Assembly (NCBI GenBank): GCA_030704615.1
Contig: CM060732.1
Location: forward strand, 12,462,001 to 12,526,000
DNA: 64,000 nt
DNA from: Takakia lepidozioides
Taxonomy: Eukaryota; Plantae; Bryophyta
Direction of reading: 5' to 3'
Made by a program: the position numbers and the translations under genes. Numbering within the stretch: the first letter of the stretch is position 1; every line of letters starts with the position of its first letter. This document shows, piece after piece, positions 24,580 to 38,465 of the stretch. The notes below the pieces were generated by a model. The model was not told the DNA's origin and searched no databases. It saw only the letters and a program-made list of their open reading frames with translations.

Positions 24580-27500
24580 ATCAAGCGATGAGCATAGAAA
24601 GACTGTGGCAGGATTTCTTCTCAGACCCTTCACAGTGGTGGGACAACAGGTTTCATAAGGTGAGGTTGTCTTCATGCAGGACGTGCAAAAGTTTGCAAGG
24701 ATCGATTGTCAGTGAAGCTAGTTGATAGTGTTTTGTCAACTCGAATGCATCTGCAAATGCAAGCATTAATGAAAATTTGGCTCTTCATTTGCAAAGTGTA
24801 GGAAAGCTGAATCCAACTGTTGGTATGAATATGTTGTTCTCCTTGATTGCAGGGCATGAAAGTAGGTTATTTAAGCTTCTTAGCTAAGTAGTATTGAAGC
24901 TTTGGAAAGCCATAAAATAGAATGTAACTGTGGCTATCAATACGTTGTGCTTATTTCTTAGCAGGGCATGAAAGTAGGTTCACGGTTATTCCGGTTCTTT
25001 TGAAAGATTTTTTGAGCTTGGTGGGTTGCAGTCTCTATGTGAGCCTGTGGTAGAAGGTATAGCCACTCAGCTCCCAGCGCTTGGTTCTCACAGAGAAGTC
25101 CAAGATCACCAGACTTCAGACACAGGCGCACAAAGGAGGTCCTTTGGATTGAGAGTGGGCTAAACCCTCCTTGGGTGCAAGCAGAGCTAGCTGCCTTGAT
25201 GCAACGTCAAGCACAATCTGGTGATCTGGTGATCGTACACGAAGGCCAAAAACGTACCAAGTATTGTTTTGTGTTTGAAGGATTGTAGCTCGCACAGATT
25301 GAGTTGGCACACTTTCTTCTCAAAGTAGATAACCAGAATATTGTACAGTAGGAGTGTGTATCTTTCTTTGAAGTATCCATGAGCTTTCTGATATTTTATG
25401 TGACCTTGAGTGTAGGGGTTGGTGACAAAAGTCTTGAGTCATTCAGGATGGCAGGGTTGAGTCATGTATAGTTGTTTGTTGGACATCTGACTGGCGGCAG
25501 GGACAGCAACTCCACCATCATGAATGTTTCTGAAAGAGGATCAACAGATGCAGTCGAGAACTCTTCTGGCACTTCTGGTGAGGATGTGAGGACACTATGT
25601 GAGGCAGGGCGACTGAAAGAAGCACTGCACATTTTGAACCAACAAGACACACAGGCAGACTCCAATACTCTTATCTGTGTCCTGAAGGAGTGCATCAACA
25701 TTAAAGGCCTAGCAGAGGGAAAGCAGGTGCATGCCTACATTATCCGAAGTGGATTGAAGCCAAATATCTTTCTGCTCAACACCCTTGTCAACATGTATGC
25801 CAAGTGCGGGAGCGTGGTGGATGCACGTGAAGTATTTGACAACATGCCTGAACGGACTTTGTTTACATGGAACATAATGATAGCAGGATACGCCCGGCAT
25901 GGGTATGGTAGGGAGGCTTTCCAGATCTACAAGGAAATGGAACACAAAGGGGTGACACCAGACAGGGTCACTTTCATTTCTGTCCTAAATGCGTGTGCCA
26001 GCCTGGGCGCCCTGGAAAAGGGCAGAGAGGTCCATGCTGGCATTATCAACGCTGGAATTGCATCATATGTTAATTTAGAGAATAGCCTTGTCAATATGTA
26101 TGCCAAATGCAGGAGCATGAAGGATGCGCAACAAGTATTTGACAACATGGTAAAACGTGATGTGGTCTCATGGAGCGCTATGATCACAGGATATTCGCAG
26201 CAGGGTAATGGTAGGGATGCTTTGAAGATCTATGCGCAAATGCAGTGTGAAGGGGCGATGCCCAACAGGGTCACATTCATTTGCGTTCTGCAAGCGTGTG
26301 CCAGCCTTGGAGATCTTGACAAGGGAAGAAAGGTCCATTCGGACATCATCAAAGCTGGAATTTCAACAGATATTGTTCTAGAGACTGCCCTTGCTGACAT
26401 GTATGCCAAATGTGGGAGCATGAAGGATGCACGTCAAGTATTCAACAATATGGCTCAACGAAATGTGGTCTCGTGGAGTGTGATGATCGATGGGTATGCT
26501 CGGCATGAGGGTGGAAAGGAGGCTTTTGAGATCTATGAGGAAATGCAAGGCAAAGGTGTGATGCCGAATACAATCACATTTATTTGCATTCTGAATGCAT
26601 GTGCCAGCCTGGGAGCTCTGGAAAAGGGCAAAGAGGTTCACGATAAGCTCCTGAAAGCTGGAAGCCTGCCATATATCAATTTAGAGAACACCCTTATCAA
26701 CATGTATGCAAAATGCGGGAGTCTAAAGGATGCACGTCAAGTGTTCAACAATATGACTAGACGAGATGTCGTCTCATGGAATGCCATGATCGCAGGATGT
26801 GTTCAGCAGGGGTGTGGTAGGGAAGCTTTGGACATATATGAGCAAATGCAATGGGACGGGTTTATGCCCAACAAAGTCACATTCATTGCTATTCTGAATG
26901 CGTGTGCCAGCCTTGGAGCCCTAGGAAAGGGCAAAGAGGTCCATGCTGACATCATCAAAGCTGGAATTTTGTCAGAGAGCCTGCCAGAGAATACCCTTGT
27001 TGACACATATGCCAACAATCTGGAGAATAGCCTTATTGACATGTATGCCAAATGTGGGAGCTTGAAGAATGCACGGCAAGTGTTTGACAATATGACTCGA
27101 CGAAATGTGGTCTCATGGAGTGCGATGATTGCAGGATATGCTCAGCATGGGTGTGGTATCGAGGTCATCGAACTATTTGAACAAATGCATAAGGAAGGCT
27201 TGAGGCCGGATGGTATCACTTTTGTATCTCTTCTCTCTGCATGTAGCCGGGTGGGTCTAGTGGATGAGGGCAGTCGCTATTTTGATTGCATGAGTCGAGA
27301 TCACGGCATCACTCCTACAGTGGAGCACTTTTGCTGCATGGTGGACCTTCTTGGCCGTGCAGGGCGATTGGATGAAGCAGAGGATCTCATTAACAAAATG
27401 CCCATGAAGCCAGATGCTGGGGTATGGAGGACCTTGCTTGGTGCCTGCAGAATTCATGGCGATGTGGTGGTGGCTGAACGTGCAGCAAAAAGCATTCTTG

Positions 27501-28030
27501 AGTGTGATACTCAGCATGCTGCAGCATATGTGCTGCTGTCAAATATCTATGCTGTGGCTGGCAGGTGGGATGATAAAGCAAAGGTAAGAAAAATGATGGA
27601 CGAGAGAGGTGTCAGAAAGGAAGCTGGGCGCAGCTGCATTGAGGTCAACAACCAAGTGCATACTTTTGTTGTAGAAGACAATTTACATCCACAAATTAAA
27701 GAAATCCATGCTGAGCTGAAGAGATTGTACAAACAGATGAAGGAGGCTGGGTACGTGTCTGACACACGTTTTGTATTGCATGATGTTGAGGAGGAACAGA
27801 AGGAATTTTCTCTTTGCCACCACAGTGAGAAGTTGGCCATTGCTTTTGGGCTCATCAGTACACCCCCTGGGACGGTGATCCGTGTCATAAAGAACCTTCG
27901 GGTTTGTGGTGACTGCCACACCGCCACCAAGTTCATCTCAAATATTGTTGGGCGAGAAATAGTTGTGCGGGATGGCAACCGCTTTCACCACTTCCAAGAT
28001 GGGGTTTGTTCTTGTGGGGATTACTGGTGA
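24580..28030 (+). CDS. PLS-class pentatricopeptide repeat protein with E/E+ and DYW deaminase domain (organellar C-to-U editing factor), with N-terminal OSB-type PDF motif on spliced exons
   Basis: ORF 25472-28030 has P-L-S repeats and HSEKLA...LRVCGDCH...RFHHF..G.CSCGDYW. Upstream exons 24580-24659 ([19 protein letters not shown]) and 25094-25260 ([19 protein letters not shown]...PPWV) splice in phase to 25501. The true 5' exon is uncertain. Confidence 0.92.
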
Positions 28031-30305
28031 AATGATCGATATGCGTAAAGGAAACTAGACCACTTCATGGTATAAGTCCGGGGGAGAAGTGCAACATGAA
28101 TATTGACTTCTTTACATTGGCAATCTCTTGACATGGATCTTGCATGGAATCATGAGTATAGTAGGTGCAGCTGAGCTCGAGACATTCTTAAGCATTGATT
28201 TATGCAGTTCTGGAAGAATTGTTTGTTAAAGCATGTGCATAGAATAACAATGAAAATGCAAATATACTAAAACTTGTTCATGTATAAATACATCAACATA
28301 TGTCAATGAATATGTGACGTGGAAGCAATCGATGCAAACACATTTTCTGGCCAGTACTTTATCCTTCACTATTTTGTTCACTATGCATCACAAACCAGCC
28401 AGCATGGGAGACATGGCCGCACCTCCTTAGCCAGTGTACACAGTACACACCTTATAATTCACGGCTTCTGCATAACACGACATAATCAAGTGGTATGGTA
28501 CCTATACAAACATTGCCACTACATTCCGAAGCACGATGGTTCTCCCTTACAAATGTTGAGAGTTCATACCTACGAAGCAGTCCCTCAGACCACAGTACCC
28601 CACAATGGTTGTTACCATGTAATGTAACAAGAGTTGTAACAGTTGTGCTACTTTAGTTTGGAGCTTTGTATGGGTCAACTCATGTTTGTTGGGCTGGTTG
28701 TGTGGTTGTGGCATTTTTGTTGCTAAATATCTGCCCCCCCACTACACTCGGGCAGATCTAGCATAGGCGGATCTCTCATTTCTGAGTAGCTCGACCATGC
28801 AAATAGAAACTCCAACATACAGATATATCAGATTTGATACAGGACAACCTTCAGAGTAGTGGCCTTCTCAAGGATTGCATGTGGGTACAGTTAAATTTCT
28901 TGTAGTCACTAATGAATGTCACTAACTTACATCTACGAATCCCTTTTGAGTCACACTGAATCCTTTGCGCAGTAACAACTCGTTCCATCTCACTCAGGCG
29001 TGCCCTCTCCAGTCTCAGTATGTCACAAGGTTTCCATAGATTGCACTAGCCCCAGCATCCATAGTTGCATTTCACTATAGCTCATACTGTAGACTTCACC
29101 TCTTACATTCTAAGTTCCCTTAAGTGTGCTTCAAAACACCATGGTACCTAGTATGGAAAAGATGGGGCACACAGGCAAGGTTGAGATTAGCTGAGACATC
29201 AACTACATCCTTTAAAGACAGATATGTGCCACAGTTGATGCGTTCAGCCTGGGCTAGCACTGCTTTGCGTCGTTTAGTTGGATCTATATGATCTCCAATG
29301 GTTCTAGGCTGCAGTTCTCTGCTGCAGAAGCACTGTGTATGCCTTCCCCATCCTAAATTTTCAGAGTCCAGTTGACCAGATCAATAAAAAGAGTTTGTTA
29401 ATATCCACAGTGACTGTCAACTAAGTTTCGGGATGGCCGCGTCAGGGCAGTATGAGGCTTTCCTCTGTTTCCTTCACATACAAAATTTTGATCAGCCTTT
29501 CAAAGAACAAACCAGTGACACCAGGTCAATACTTTTGACTTCATTTGAATGAGGATTTGGTTGACTACTGCAAGGAACAGACTACTGATGATGGTCAACT
29601 CTTGGCGGTAGTGTTAAAGAGCTAACCATCTTAACTATTTAGTAGACTTCGGCCTCTTAACCTCTGGGCATGCTCTGAACAACTGTGTCAGAATAAGACT
29701 AATAATGTATCCAATCAGTAGCCGGCTTGCAGATGTGCAACGTCTGTCCAATTGGACACCCATTCTCCTGATGGTATCCTGGTGCTGTGAATTTCACTGG
29801 AGCACATGTGGCATGAAAAAACACAAAGGTGCCTCTAGCACGCATCAAGCCCAGAGGAGAAATTAGGAATACCTGCAAGATGCTTGATGTCTGAATTTTT
29901 GACACATGCACCATCCCTGTCAAATGCAGAGAACAGATACATCAGCGCAGACTTGCTCCATCCCTTCCACCACCCTTTGGAACCCATTGTGTAGTTACAG
30001 AGAGTAAGGACCATGGTGAATTGCATTGCCAAAACCATTGTTCAAAGTCAAGATGCGAATGCGCACCTCATAGTCCTCCTGCACTGCCTGAAACTTTTTC
30101 GTGGCCTCTGAATTGCTATTATTCACATCAAGACTCCTACTACTGCACAAGAAAACAGATCTCAACAGGGAAATTGCTAAATAAAGGAGCCATGGAGCTT
30201 GTGATGAAAATGGTTTTTATACATGAGAATGTACTCATAAGAAGTTGTTTGCCGTAGCCTTGTGGCCTCGGTTTGTCTCCACTGGAGACTGAGTGAGATA
30301 TAATT

Positions 30306-30331
30306 GAGTGAGTGAGTGAGTGAGTGAGTGA
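30306..30331. repeat. (GAGT)n microsatellite
   Basis: Direct tetranucleotide run. Confidence 0.9.
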
Positions 30332-30429
30332 GATGTAACTGTGGAGTGGAGAAAGCACTTGCATAACAGCACTCAGACACAGATTCTTCTATTTAACAAC
30401 GTGCACAAAATGCAACAAGCCCAACTAGT

Positions 30430-31050
30430 AGTACATCCTTGTGATAAACTCTTTCTCTAAGTTGAAATTTGGAGTAACGTGCTTCATAGAATTGATCTCC
30501 AGATTGAGAGTTGTCTTCTTGAAACAGAACCCGAGGTGTTCACGATACGGCTGCCGTATCAGGAGTCTTGTGTGCGAGGCTAGCTTCTCCAACTACTTCT
30601 TCAACTGGGGTAGATGAAGCTGCTGCAGATGCAGAGGGAGCAATTGGGGGAGGGGCAGGGACAACAAGGTTGACAGGGACAGGGGTAGGTCTCCTAGATT
30701 GCCTAGCCCTATAGGTGGGTCTCCTCATAAACAAGGTCAGGGCGGTCTTCGAAACAGATTATTGTTCCTGCTAATAAGGAACCTGAGTTTCTCACAATCC
30801 ACACAATCATATCCTAAGCAAATGTGGGACCCAAAAGATTCTTCCGAGATGCGGCTACTCTCCCCTCTGCTCATGTCTAAGCCCTTTCCTGGAAACAAAG
30901 TTCATAACCTTAAGCAGGTTGTGCACTCCCAATGCCAAAAAAAAGTTGAAGAAAGTGGTTTGATGATTTTCTCTGAAGAGCTTACCTGTGAATGAACAGA
31001 TAATCAACACTCTCTCGAGCTGGAGTGACCTCATCCCTCTCTGGCCAGTC
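30430..31050 (-). mobile_element. Heavily decayed Ty1/copia-like pol remnant
   Basis: Minus strand gives ICLGYD...KLRFLISRN (integrase C-terminal/SH3-like), then a Pro/Ala-rich linker and EINSMK (start of RT). Fragmentary. Confidence 0.35.
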
Positions 31051-31781
31051 CAGACACTATAAGCTTGCACACAAATTGCCGCATATCACACTTCTGCCAA
31101 CATTCTCTCCATTCAATACACTTGCAACAGACTCTCCAAGCATTCTTCCAGTGGTACTCCAGGGGTTGGAGACGGAGTCATACACCATACGTCCCGGCAA
31201 ACAAGTACTATTTACCACATAACCTTGCAGCTCCCGAAGGATTTATGTACAATGTCCGAACCAATGCCGCGCAATCGATAGGAAGCCGTTAGCACTTGGC
31301 TATCATGTTGGGGGGGTTTACTCATCCCAATGGTCAGCCAGAGAGGAGGAGAAGAGAGGGAAGGGACCTCCGCCCTTTTTAGTCGTTCACAATGCTCGCT
31401 CTTTCTCTCACCATGCATCTGATGGAATGACTTGCTGGTGTGCAAATTTTGAGATCATCCCCCGGTAGCCAATGATCCGGTTCCGATCGGAGCCTGCGGA
31501 TATGGCTTTTATCACGGGAACCAAAGGAATTCCCCGGACAAAACGTATGACCACGTCGTTCATACTGAGGCGCAGATGCTTGGATCGACCAGGATGGCAA
31601 CATGCAACCCATGTGAAAGATCTTGGTCCTCGACTGATTCCTGCCCCAACAAGTTTGCTATATGTTGAAAGAAACAATGGTTAGTTTGCGGCATTGCCGA
31701 CGCTCCAGATGTTTCTGCCCAGAGATGGGGAAGAGGTGAATCGGGTCCAGGTTTGTTGGCTCGTGTACACATGCAGCGGAT

Positions 31782-33835
31782 GTGACTGACTATGGAGCAC
31801 GCGTGAGCCTAGCTGCCACTGATGATGAGGACGACTTTTTTGGTGACCAAAGACTGCAGTGCTGCAAGGATGCAAGCAATGTTTGTTGGAATAGGCCTGC
31901 TCCAACCATGCCACTCATGAGGTACACAAAGCTGCATCCCTTTCTCGCTTATAAATCAGGCTCGAAGCACACTTTTTTTTGGGTCAAAGAGGGACTTGGC
32001 CGTCAAAAAAGCACACTGCCTTTCAAAAGAAGACCAAAGGAGGGGGTCAGCAACAACTCTTTCGACGCCATTGGGAATGTTAGGTCCTTGTGTAAGGCTG
32101 GACGAGTGAAAGAGGTGCTGCACATTTTGAACCAGCAAGGCATTCAGGCAGATTCCAACATGTACCTTTGTCTCTTGCAGGAGTGCATCAAGACAAAAGG
32201 CCTAGCAGAGGGAAAACAGTTGCACACCCACATCATCAAAAGTGGATTCAAGCCAAACATCTTTCTACTCAACACACTAGTAAACATGTACACCAAGCGC
32301 GGGAGCATGGTTGATGCACGCCAAGTGCTTGACAGAATGTCTGAACGAGATATGTTTACTTGGACTATGATTATCGCAGGATATGCCAAGCATGGGCATG
32401 CTGAGGAGGCTTTCAAAGCATTTAAACAAATGCAATGGGAAGGGGTGATGCCTGACAGGGTCACATTCATTTGCATTCTCAATGCATGTGCCAGCCTACG
32501 AGCCCTGGAAAGGGGCAAGAGTGTCCATGCTGACATCATTAAAGCCGGTATGAAGCCATACATTAATTTGGAGACTGCCCTTGTCAACATGTATGCCAAA
32601 TGTGGGAGCATGATGGATGCCCAACAAGTGTTCGACAGTATGGCTAAACAAGATGTGGTCTCATGGAGTGCAATGATTGGAGGATATGCTCAGTGTGGAT
32701 GTGGTAGAAAAGCTTTGGAAATATATGAGCAAATGCAGCAGGAAGGGGTGATGGCAGACAGAGTCACATTCATTGGTGTTCTAACTGCGTGTGCCAGCCT
32801 AGGAACCCTGGAAATGGGCAAAAAGGTCCATGCTGACATCATCAAAGCTGGAATTGTGTCATATGTTAATTTGGAGAATACCCTGGTTGACATGTATGCC
32901 AAATGCGGGAGCATGAAGGATGCATGTCAAGTGTTTGACAATATGCCTAAACGGGTTGTTGCCTCATGGAGTGCTATGATTGCAGGATATGCTCAGCATG
33001 GATGGGGTAGGGAGGCTTTGGAGATCTATGAGCAAATGCAACGGGAAGAGGTGATGCCTGACAGGGTCACGTTCGTTTGTGTCCTTCGTGCATGTGCCAG
33101 CCTAGGAGCTCTGGAGAAGGGAAAAGAGGTCCATGCTGACATTATCAAAGCTGGAATCGCACCATATATCAATTTGGAGACTGCCCTTGTTGACATGTAT
33201 GCCAAATGCGGGAGCATGAAGGATGCACGTCAAGTGTTTGACAATATGGCCCAACGAGATCTGGTTTCGTGGAGTGCAATGATGGCAGGATGTGCCCAGC
33301 ATGGGTGCGGCCGGGAGGCCCTACAATTGTATGATCAAATGCAACAGGAAGGCTTGAAGCCAAATAGTATCACCTTCCTATCACTTCTTTCTGCATGTAG
33401 CCATATGGGCCTATTGGATGAAGGCTGCCACTACTTTGATTCCATAAGCCAAGATCATGGCTTCACTCCTACATTGGAGCATTTTTGCTGCATGGTGGAC
33501 CTTCTTGGCCGTGCAGGGCGACTAGATGAGGCAGAGGACTTTATTAACAGAATGCCAATACAACCAGATACCAGGGTGTGGAGGGCCTTGCTTGGTGCCT
33601 GTAGAGCTCAGGGCAATGTCAAGGTAGCGGAACGTGCGGCGAAAAAATTGTCACCAGACCGCAGCATGCTGCAACTTGTGTGCTGCTTTTGAACATCTGA
33701 TGCTGCAGCTGGTAGAGGCAAAGTTGAGGAAATAATGGACATATCTGCAACAGACATATCTGCAAATTCAAGAAATCCATGAGTTTGTCTGGGTGGATGA
33801 AAGAGGTCGGTTATGAGCCTGATACATGAGCTGTG
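31782..33835 (+). pseudogene. PLS-class PPR paralogue truncated in the E domain; E+ remnants decayed, DYW absent
   Basis: ORF 31782-33692 closely parallels 25472-28030. The frame breaks after AERAAK. Remnants QHAATCVLL and MKEVGYEPDT follow (33660-33830); no HSEKLA/DYW downstream. It may still express a PLS-E protein. Confidence 0.85.
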
Positions 33836-36034
33836 CCAGGTCTCAAGTTTTCACGTTTCCGTGGCTATGCACTAGCAAACTTAGAGAAGCTTCTAAAAAT
33901 TTGCTTCTGTGCCTGAAGACTGTGCCATCCGGCAGAAGACATTGGTCAACAGCAGGTGTGAACTGAGAATGGTGGTCGCTGTAACCCATCATAAGTTCAG
34001 ACACCATGGCGCTGGGCGGAAGAGAAAACAACACCCTGTCTAAATGCTTCATAATAAGATGCTCTACTGTCGAGATTCCAGCGTAATGTCGAGATTCCAG
34101 CGTAACGTCAACCCTCAGGTATGTGCTTGATAGGCCATTTTGGCACTTCGTCACTTCAAATGGCAGCAGCACTGGTCATCAGAACTGTTGCCACCAGCAT
34201 CTCACTGGTGTTCAATCATCCCATACAGTGCTGTGTAGAGGGTCCAGGTGTCTCAGATGCATAATATCATCAGTCCAGATTCCCTTCACAGTTGTGTTAG
34301 ACCCCACTAAGTTCAATCATGGTGATCTGCCAAACTGTGATACCCCTCTAATGATACCGCTGTTTCACCAAGAATCTATGTGCTCTAGTGCCTGATCATG
34401 TGAGGTAAAAATGAGGATCACTTGTAACTCATCACCCATTGATATTCTTCTTCAATTCATTAGCAGTGCCATGAATTCTCTGCTGGGCCTATTTCTTCTA
34501 GAAGGAAACTAGCGGAAGTAATTGAGCTCCTTGTGGACCAGAAGATCTGTATGGCTATAGCTGGTAGGTCTACAGTGTGTTTTTATCAGGTTCAAAGGCT
34601 TACAACTGCTACAAGTCACTAAGGTGGATGCTATGAAAGGACTTTGTTTTATGCAGTTGTTGGCATTGGTATTTGGTGTAAGCCCAAATTTGAGGAGTCT
34701 CCTATTAATGGAGCATTCTATATTCTACTTCCTCTCTGACAACCTCAATGTTTTGGGGTATGTGCAGCTGCTCAGTTGTCAAGGCATCATTGAACCTTAT
34801 TGAAGAACCTGAGCGAACCTGCACTGTATGTGCTCACAACGGTGTGTTAGACACCGTTTCCAGTAATTATCATTTGAAAGGTTATATACATCAGGTTGTA
34901 TTGGAGATCAACATGTGTAAAGATTTCACTTATGATGGCACGACTTGTATGTCATCTAAACAGAGCAATATGCGGTGTTTATTGTGGTGTGTTCCAAGCT
35001 CAAGATAGGAACAATATAGCAGAACGTTTTCCACGTTTCCTTTCCAACTCTTCAACCCCCGTTAATTGTTTAATTTGTCTTTAAACTCCTTCTGACACAC
35101 CTTGTTTCATATGATCTCAAACTTCCAGAAGTGCAAAATCTTTTGGTCAAGCTTTCCTGCTGTTATGCCCTCTCTCAGCAGGGTCGGTCCGGTAATTGGG
35201 AGCACATCCTGGCAGTTCTTTCAATGGCTGGCTGGCTGGTTCTGTACATTAATGTTCTCTTTTGACCCCTTGGAACTCCTCCTTGTCTCAAACCTTTAGC
35301 AGAGGACACAGAATCTGGAAGGTTGCTCTGCCATATTTGAGTCGATAATTTGTGATGCCTCCAGGGATACCAGAGAGTGATCGAACAGCAAGTTCTCTTT
35401 CTGGGGCGAAGTCTTTTGCTGTGTATTAGGATATGGAAGCTTTGTCAAGACAGATTCCAGAAAGTACAGGGTTGGAGGCTGTCCACTTGCCTTGCCATTC
35501 ATTTGGACAAACATTACTTGCTTTTGGGAGTGTGTGATAATTCCTCATCCCTACAAATGTTTTGATGTTCTTTGATCATCCACTCCAAGATGCGAAATGA
35601 TTGATGGAGTATGTTTTTGGCATGAAGGCAGTGGTGCTTCAATAGCAATGAACACTTGTAACTCTGCAGAGTATGAGAGCAACTGCTCCAAGTGCACTTC
35701 TACACAGGTAATGCATGTCCATGCGAGTTGAAGTGAAGTAGCCATCAGCCAGAACGGAACGGTAATGGAGTTTGCATCCCATATACAGAATGTAGCAATG
35801 TGTACCAAATGACTGTAGGTCACATATTTAGTTTTTGTACATTTGATCATCAAATGTCTTACAATTTTGCAGTCTGCTCGGCTTGTTACGAGAAAAAAAC
35901 AATTGTAATCAGGTTAGGAATACAACACTGCAAATTATCAGCCTTTGAAGTTTGCTACCTAAAATCAGACTGGAACTTGGGGGTTTTACTGGTGGGATGC
36001 GAAGACAATTTTGACAGCTCACTTGGGGGTCAAA

Positions 36035-38465
36035 TTAGACAGTGCCTGGGTTCTTGAAGCAATCCAAGCATACATCCCTGAAGAACTCTTCAACCATCTC
36101 CAAGTAGCATGGTATGGTCAGTTGCATGTAGCCATCCAAAAATTCCTCAACGTCTTGTAACTCATTCGTATCACCTTCCTCTACCATCATCCTGGCAACC
36201 TCGTTCTGGAATGCAGCGATTGCCTCGTCTGAAGTTATGTGCTCATGCAAACTGTCGATGTTATACTGGGCGAGGGCTGGAGGCCAGCAACCCGTAGTCC
36301 TTTCTTGTTGCCGTATTTACCTAGTAATACCGCCACTTTTGCAGCCACGACTCCACGGTCACTCCCGTTGACAACGGCTTGAAAGATTGGACTTTTGTCA
36401 TTTTTTAAGCTCCTGCCTTTCGAAATCTCTGTCTGTTTCAATCTGCCTGAGAGGTCTGCATTGCGCCTTCTATGTGATCTGCAAGAATTTGGTTTGGTTT
36501 TAGAGATGGAGGAGGCGTGACTGATTGCGGCGGGTGTGCTGGTGGACGACTTACAATCCGATGTAGTATGGCCTGTCATAAAATCCGTGTCTTCGCTATC
36601 TGTTACCCAGTCCTCAGTCGATGAGGTCGATAAGACTTCATCACTTAGATATCTGACACAAGCTCCTAATTGTGAATCGTGGTGATCCATGCCTGCTCCA
36701 GAAAATCTCTCTTCTGCTGTCCATCATAAAATGAGATTCCTCTAAAATTGTCAGTAAATCACATATCACCGCAATAATTGACATACATAGTGATCTAGAC
36801 AACGTGGACTTAGAATATCCATGTTGAAAAACGATACAGATGTATATAACGAGTCAACTAGGTTCCCACATCGAACTCTCGATCGAACTGCTCATGCACA
36901 GCTTTCAGTGTTTCTACTAGTTAGCTAGCAGACCATATACATAGATTGTCTTTCCTCTCAGTCACAATATACTTGAACCAGGGCTAAGATTGGACAGATC
37001 CTCGACAGATCTTCAAGTTCTGAAAATACAAATTACTTGGCACATAACCCTTTGGTGAGTGATGGCACAGATATTAGATCGCTACATCAGCAATCCATGT
37101 ACGTCCACTTGAGACTGGACCAAAATAACAAATTAAACTAAACCGGATGCTTTGCCATGCAATGTGCTCTCAATGTTCTGGACAATCAGGCCTCCAGTAC
37201 ATTCACCCTCTCTAGATCTAATCGTGGTGTATGCTGGACACATTGGCCTTGTAGTCCTGAGAGATGTGGAGGAGATCTGCAGCAGGTTGATGGCCCTGAA
37301 TCAGAAAAAATTCCGGATTGGACCTGGGGATTACAACATTATCCTCATCCTTAGCAACAGATGAAGGAATTTGTAAACATGGTTGTAAACTGCTGGCCAT
37401 CAAAGTTCAGTAATGTGCACCTAATAGTCAACCTGGGCAAGATGCAGAGATGGGTTTCACCAAAAACGGAGATTCAGGACTGTGTGTTATACCTGCGAGG
37501 TAATGGTTAAGATCGAAGGCTGAGGATGGCTCCCCATGGCTGTCGGAGTATCCCAAAGATTGGCTCGTCCAATCTCCACTGCTTGAAGCGCCACTAGTTC
37601 TTGAAACTTCAGGTGTAAAACGTCCATCGCTGTCATCATCATCGCGAGTGCTCTTTGACATTATCTCAGTTTTCTTCATGAACACAGGAGACACTCTCTT
37701 TCTGGTTTCCTCGAAGTCGAAAATAAATGATTCTTCGGACATCGATGTTTCTGACACAGCTTCAATCTCTGACATTAAATCCAGGCCCAAAGTCGAGATG
37801 GCGTCCAGCCGATCGCTTTCAAAATCAACATGAAGCGGATTCCCTGGAACCGAAGTCCTAAAGTCCGAATAATTAGTACCTCTGCATTTGTCAAATCTCT
37901 CCAGGCCCATACCCACACATAAACCCTTGGCTCTACAGGCTTCAAAGCCGTTTTCAGCTGAGGCTACCACTCCTGCTTTTTCCTTTCTTGACCCTGCGAA
38001 CCTGGACGAAGGGTTACTGATCACATTCTTTGTAGGTTTCGTCAACAGCTGGCTGTTCCTCTTCTTTACTCCAGGGTCGAGGTCAGTCGATACAGCATCT
38101 AATGCGCTTTTGAGGCCCAGCAACAAGTTGATGTCGCCAGATTTTGAAATAGATACAGATGAAGAGTGCTTTGGAAGGCCCCAGTAAGTGAGCTCACCGG
38201 AAGCCGGTGCAGAGCGTGAAGCTGACGGAGCTGGCTCCATGTTGGTTGATAATCTAGCACGTTCGGAAGAACGTTGCAGACATCGAGATCTGGAGAGTGC
38301 AACCGGAGTAGTATGCGTAAATTTCTTTGATTTCTGGAAAGAGTGTCGTATGTCTTTAAGGTATGAACAAAGCGAAGGGGCATCTTTCTTGATCATCTCA
38401 CGATGCTTTGAAGCTATTGCCGTGTTTAGAAGAGGCCAACCCATGTCCTCGCACATGGGACACAT
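36035..38465 (-). CDS. Atypical OVATE-family protein (OFP17-like C-terminal domain), two main exons
   Basis: C-terminal AFQNEVARMMVEEG...DVEEFLDGYMQL..PCYLEMVEEFFRDVCLDCF resembles the divergent OVATE domain. The Ser-rich exon ending 37433 splices in phase 1 to 36716. A frame change near 36280-36320 needs a frameshift or a 44-nt intron. Confidence 0.65.

Noticed and set aside
28930-29350. Coding-looking minus-strand stretch downstream of the PPR gene
   Set aside because: Multiple stops and no recognisable domain.
25709-33363. Antisense ORFs over the PPR genes, and many other 60-150 aa ORFs in the track
   Set aside because: Shadow frames of real genes or low-complexity/GC-rich sequence, with no motifs.
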